From: Aplysia californica
Taxonomy: Eukaryota
Length of the DNA: 64,000 nucleotides
Assembly (NCBI RefSeq): GCF_000002075.1
Contig: NW_004797702.1
Coordinates: 453,487 to 517,486, forward strand
Reading direction: 5' to 3'
The position numbers and the translations under genes are program-made. This document shows positions 63,371 through 64,000 of this stretch, one piece after another (position 1 is the stretch's first letter; each line of letters starts with the position of its first letter). The notes beneath the pieces were generated by a model that was not told the DNA's origin, ran no database searches, and saw only the letters and a list, made by a program, of their open reading frames with translations.

Positions 63371-64000
63371 CATTCCACCGTTTGTGAACATGATGCTTTT
63401 ATTTTAGGAAACAAATTCTATAAGGCCCAATTGTACATTTCACTAGTTTTTATTACACATAAACTTGGCCATACCCCCCTGTTAAAAAAATTTATGGGGT
63501 TTCAGCATGCGCCCTTGTATGTTACCATAATTTTGATGTTTTGGAAATGGTTTGATATTTCTGGACAAGTGATTTGTGAGGATTTTAGTGGCCATATGTG
63601 TATGTATATATATATATATGAGCCATTGCCAAAACGTGGGGGAAAACACACACATCTCACAATAGTGTGCATAAAATGTGATGCATTAGTATTTATTCCT
63701 CCAAAAATTGTACACATGTCAAATATAGGATGTAGAACCTGCATTAGCAGTTTCAGACCCTATGTCAGCTTTATAATCTTGAATTTGTAAATTTTGTGCC
63801 AAAAATGTTCGTTTTTTTGTGATTCCTGGAGTGTCATTTTGAGCACACCAATGCAAACTTCCAAGAATGTCAAAAATTTAGTATTTTTGGCTTGTTTTTT
63901 TTAACCTGTGCTTTGATTCTATGCTATTTGTGATCGAGAAAGGTTCACTTGCTCAAGAAATCAGTTTATTTGTTTGCAAATAAATGAATAATTCGGATCA

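Noticed and set aside
60592-64000. First CERT PH exons (WTNYIHGWQ../YGCRG), and the 192-aa ORF at 63212-63790
   Set aside because: No matching translation was found, so those exons lie beyond the window. The 192-aa ORF spans repeat-like AT-rich sequence with no recognisable motif.
1-64000. CRISPR arrays, operons or prokaryotic defence systems
   Set aside because: The sequence is eukaryotic, and no regularly spaced repeat-spacer array is present.

Overview
Draft-assembly genomic DNA from an invertebrate animal (AT-rich, spliceosomal introns, 11 N-gaps, many microsatellites). A lophotrochozoan such as a mollusc is my guess; the species cannot be determined from the sequence. Two convergent host genes were reconstructed by hand from splice sites and reading frame. 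(1) A complete 7-coding-exon glutamine synthetase type I / lengsin-like gene on + (CDS 12424-22928, 434 aa, with one GC-AG intron). (2) The 3' 13 coding exons of ceramide transfer protein CERT1/COL4A3BP on - (60591 to 43038, 518 aa visible; the first PH exons lie beyond the window), probably with a ~9.5 kb 3'UTR. The rest is mostly transposon-derived: a decayed two-gene Harbinger element, a Harbinger MITE, a full-length decayed Tc1 whose pre-insertion site survives in a nearby duplicate, Kolobok-like and unclassified MITEs, an L2/CR1 LINE 3' fragment, and several SINE families, some sharing a covarying 3' stem-loop. The most interesting signal is the GS-like protein. It keeps the metal, ATP and glutamate residues but lacks the ammonium-handling Asp50 and has Trp in place of the Glu327 flap, the pattern of bacterial gamma-glutamyl-amine ligases. 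That makes it a candidate animal biogenic-amine or polyamine gamma-glutamylating enzyme (inference, untested).
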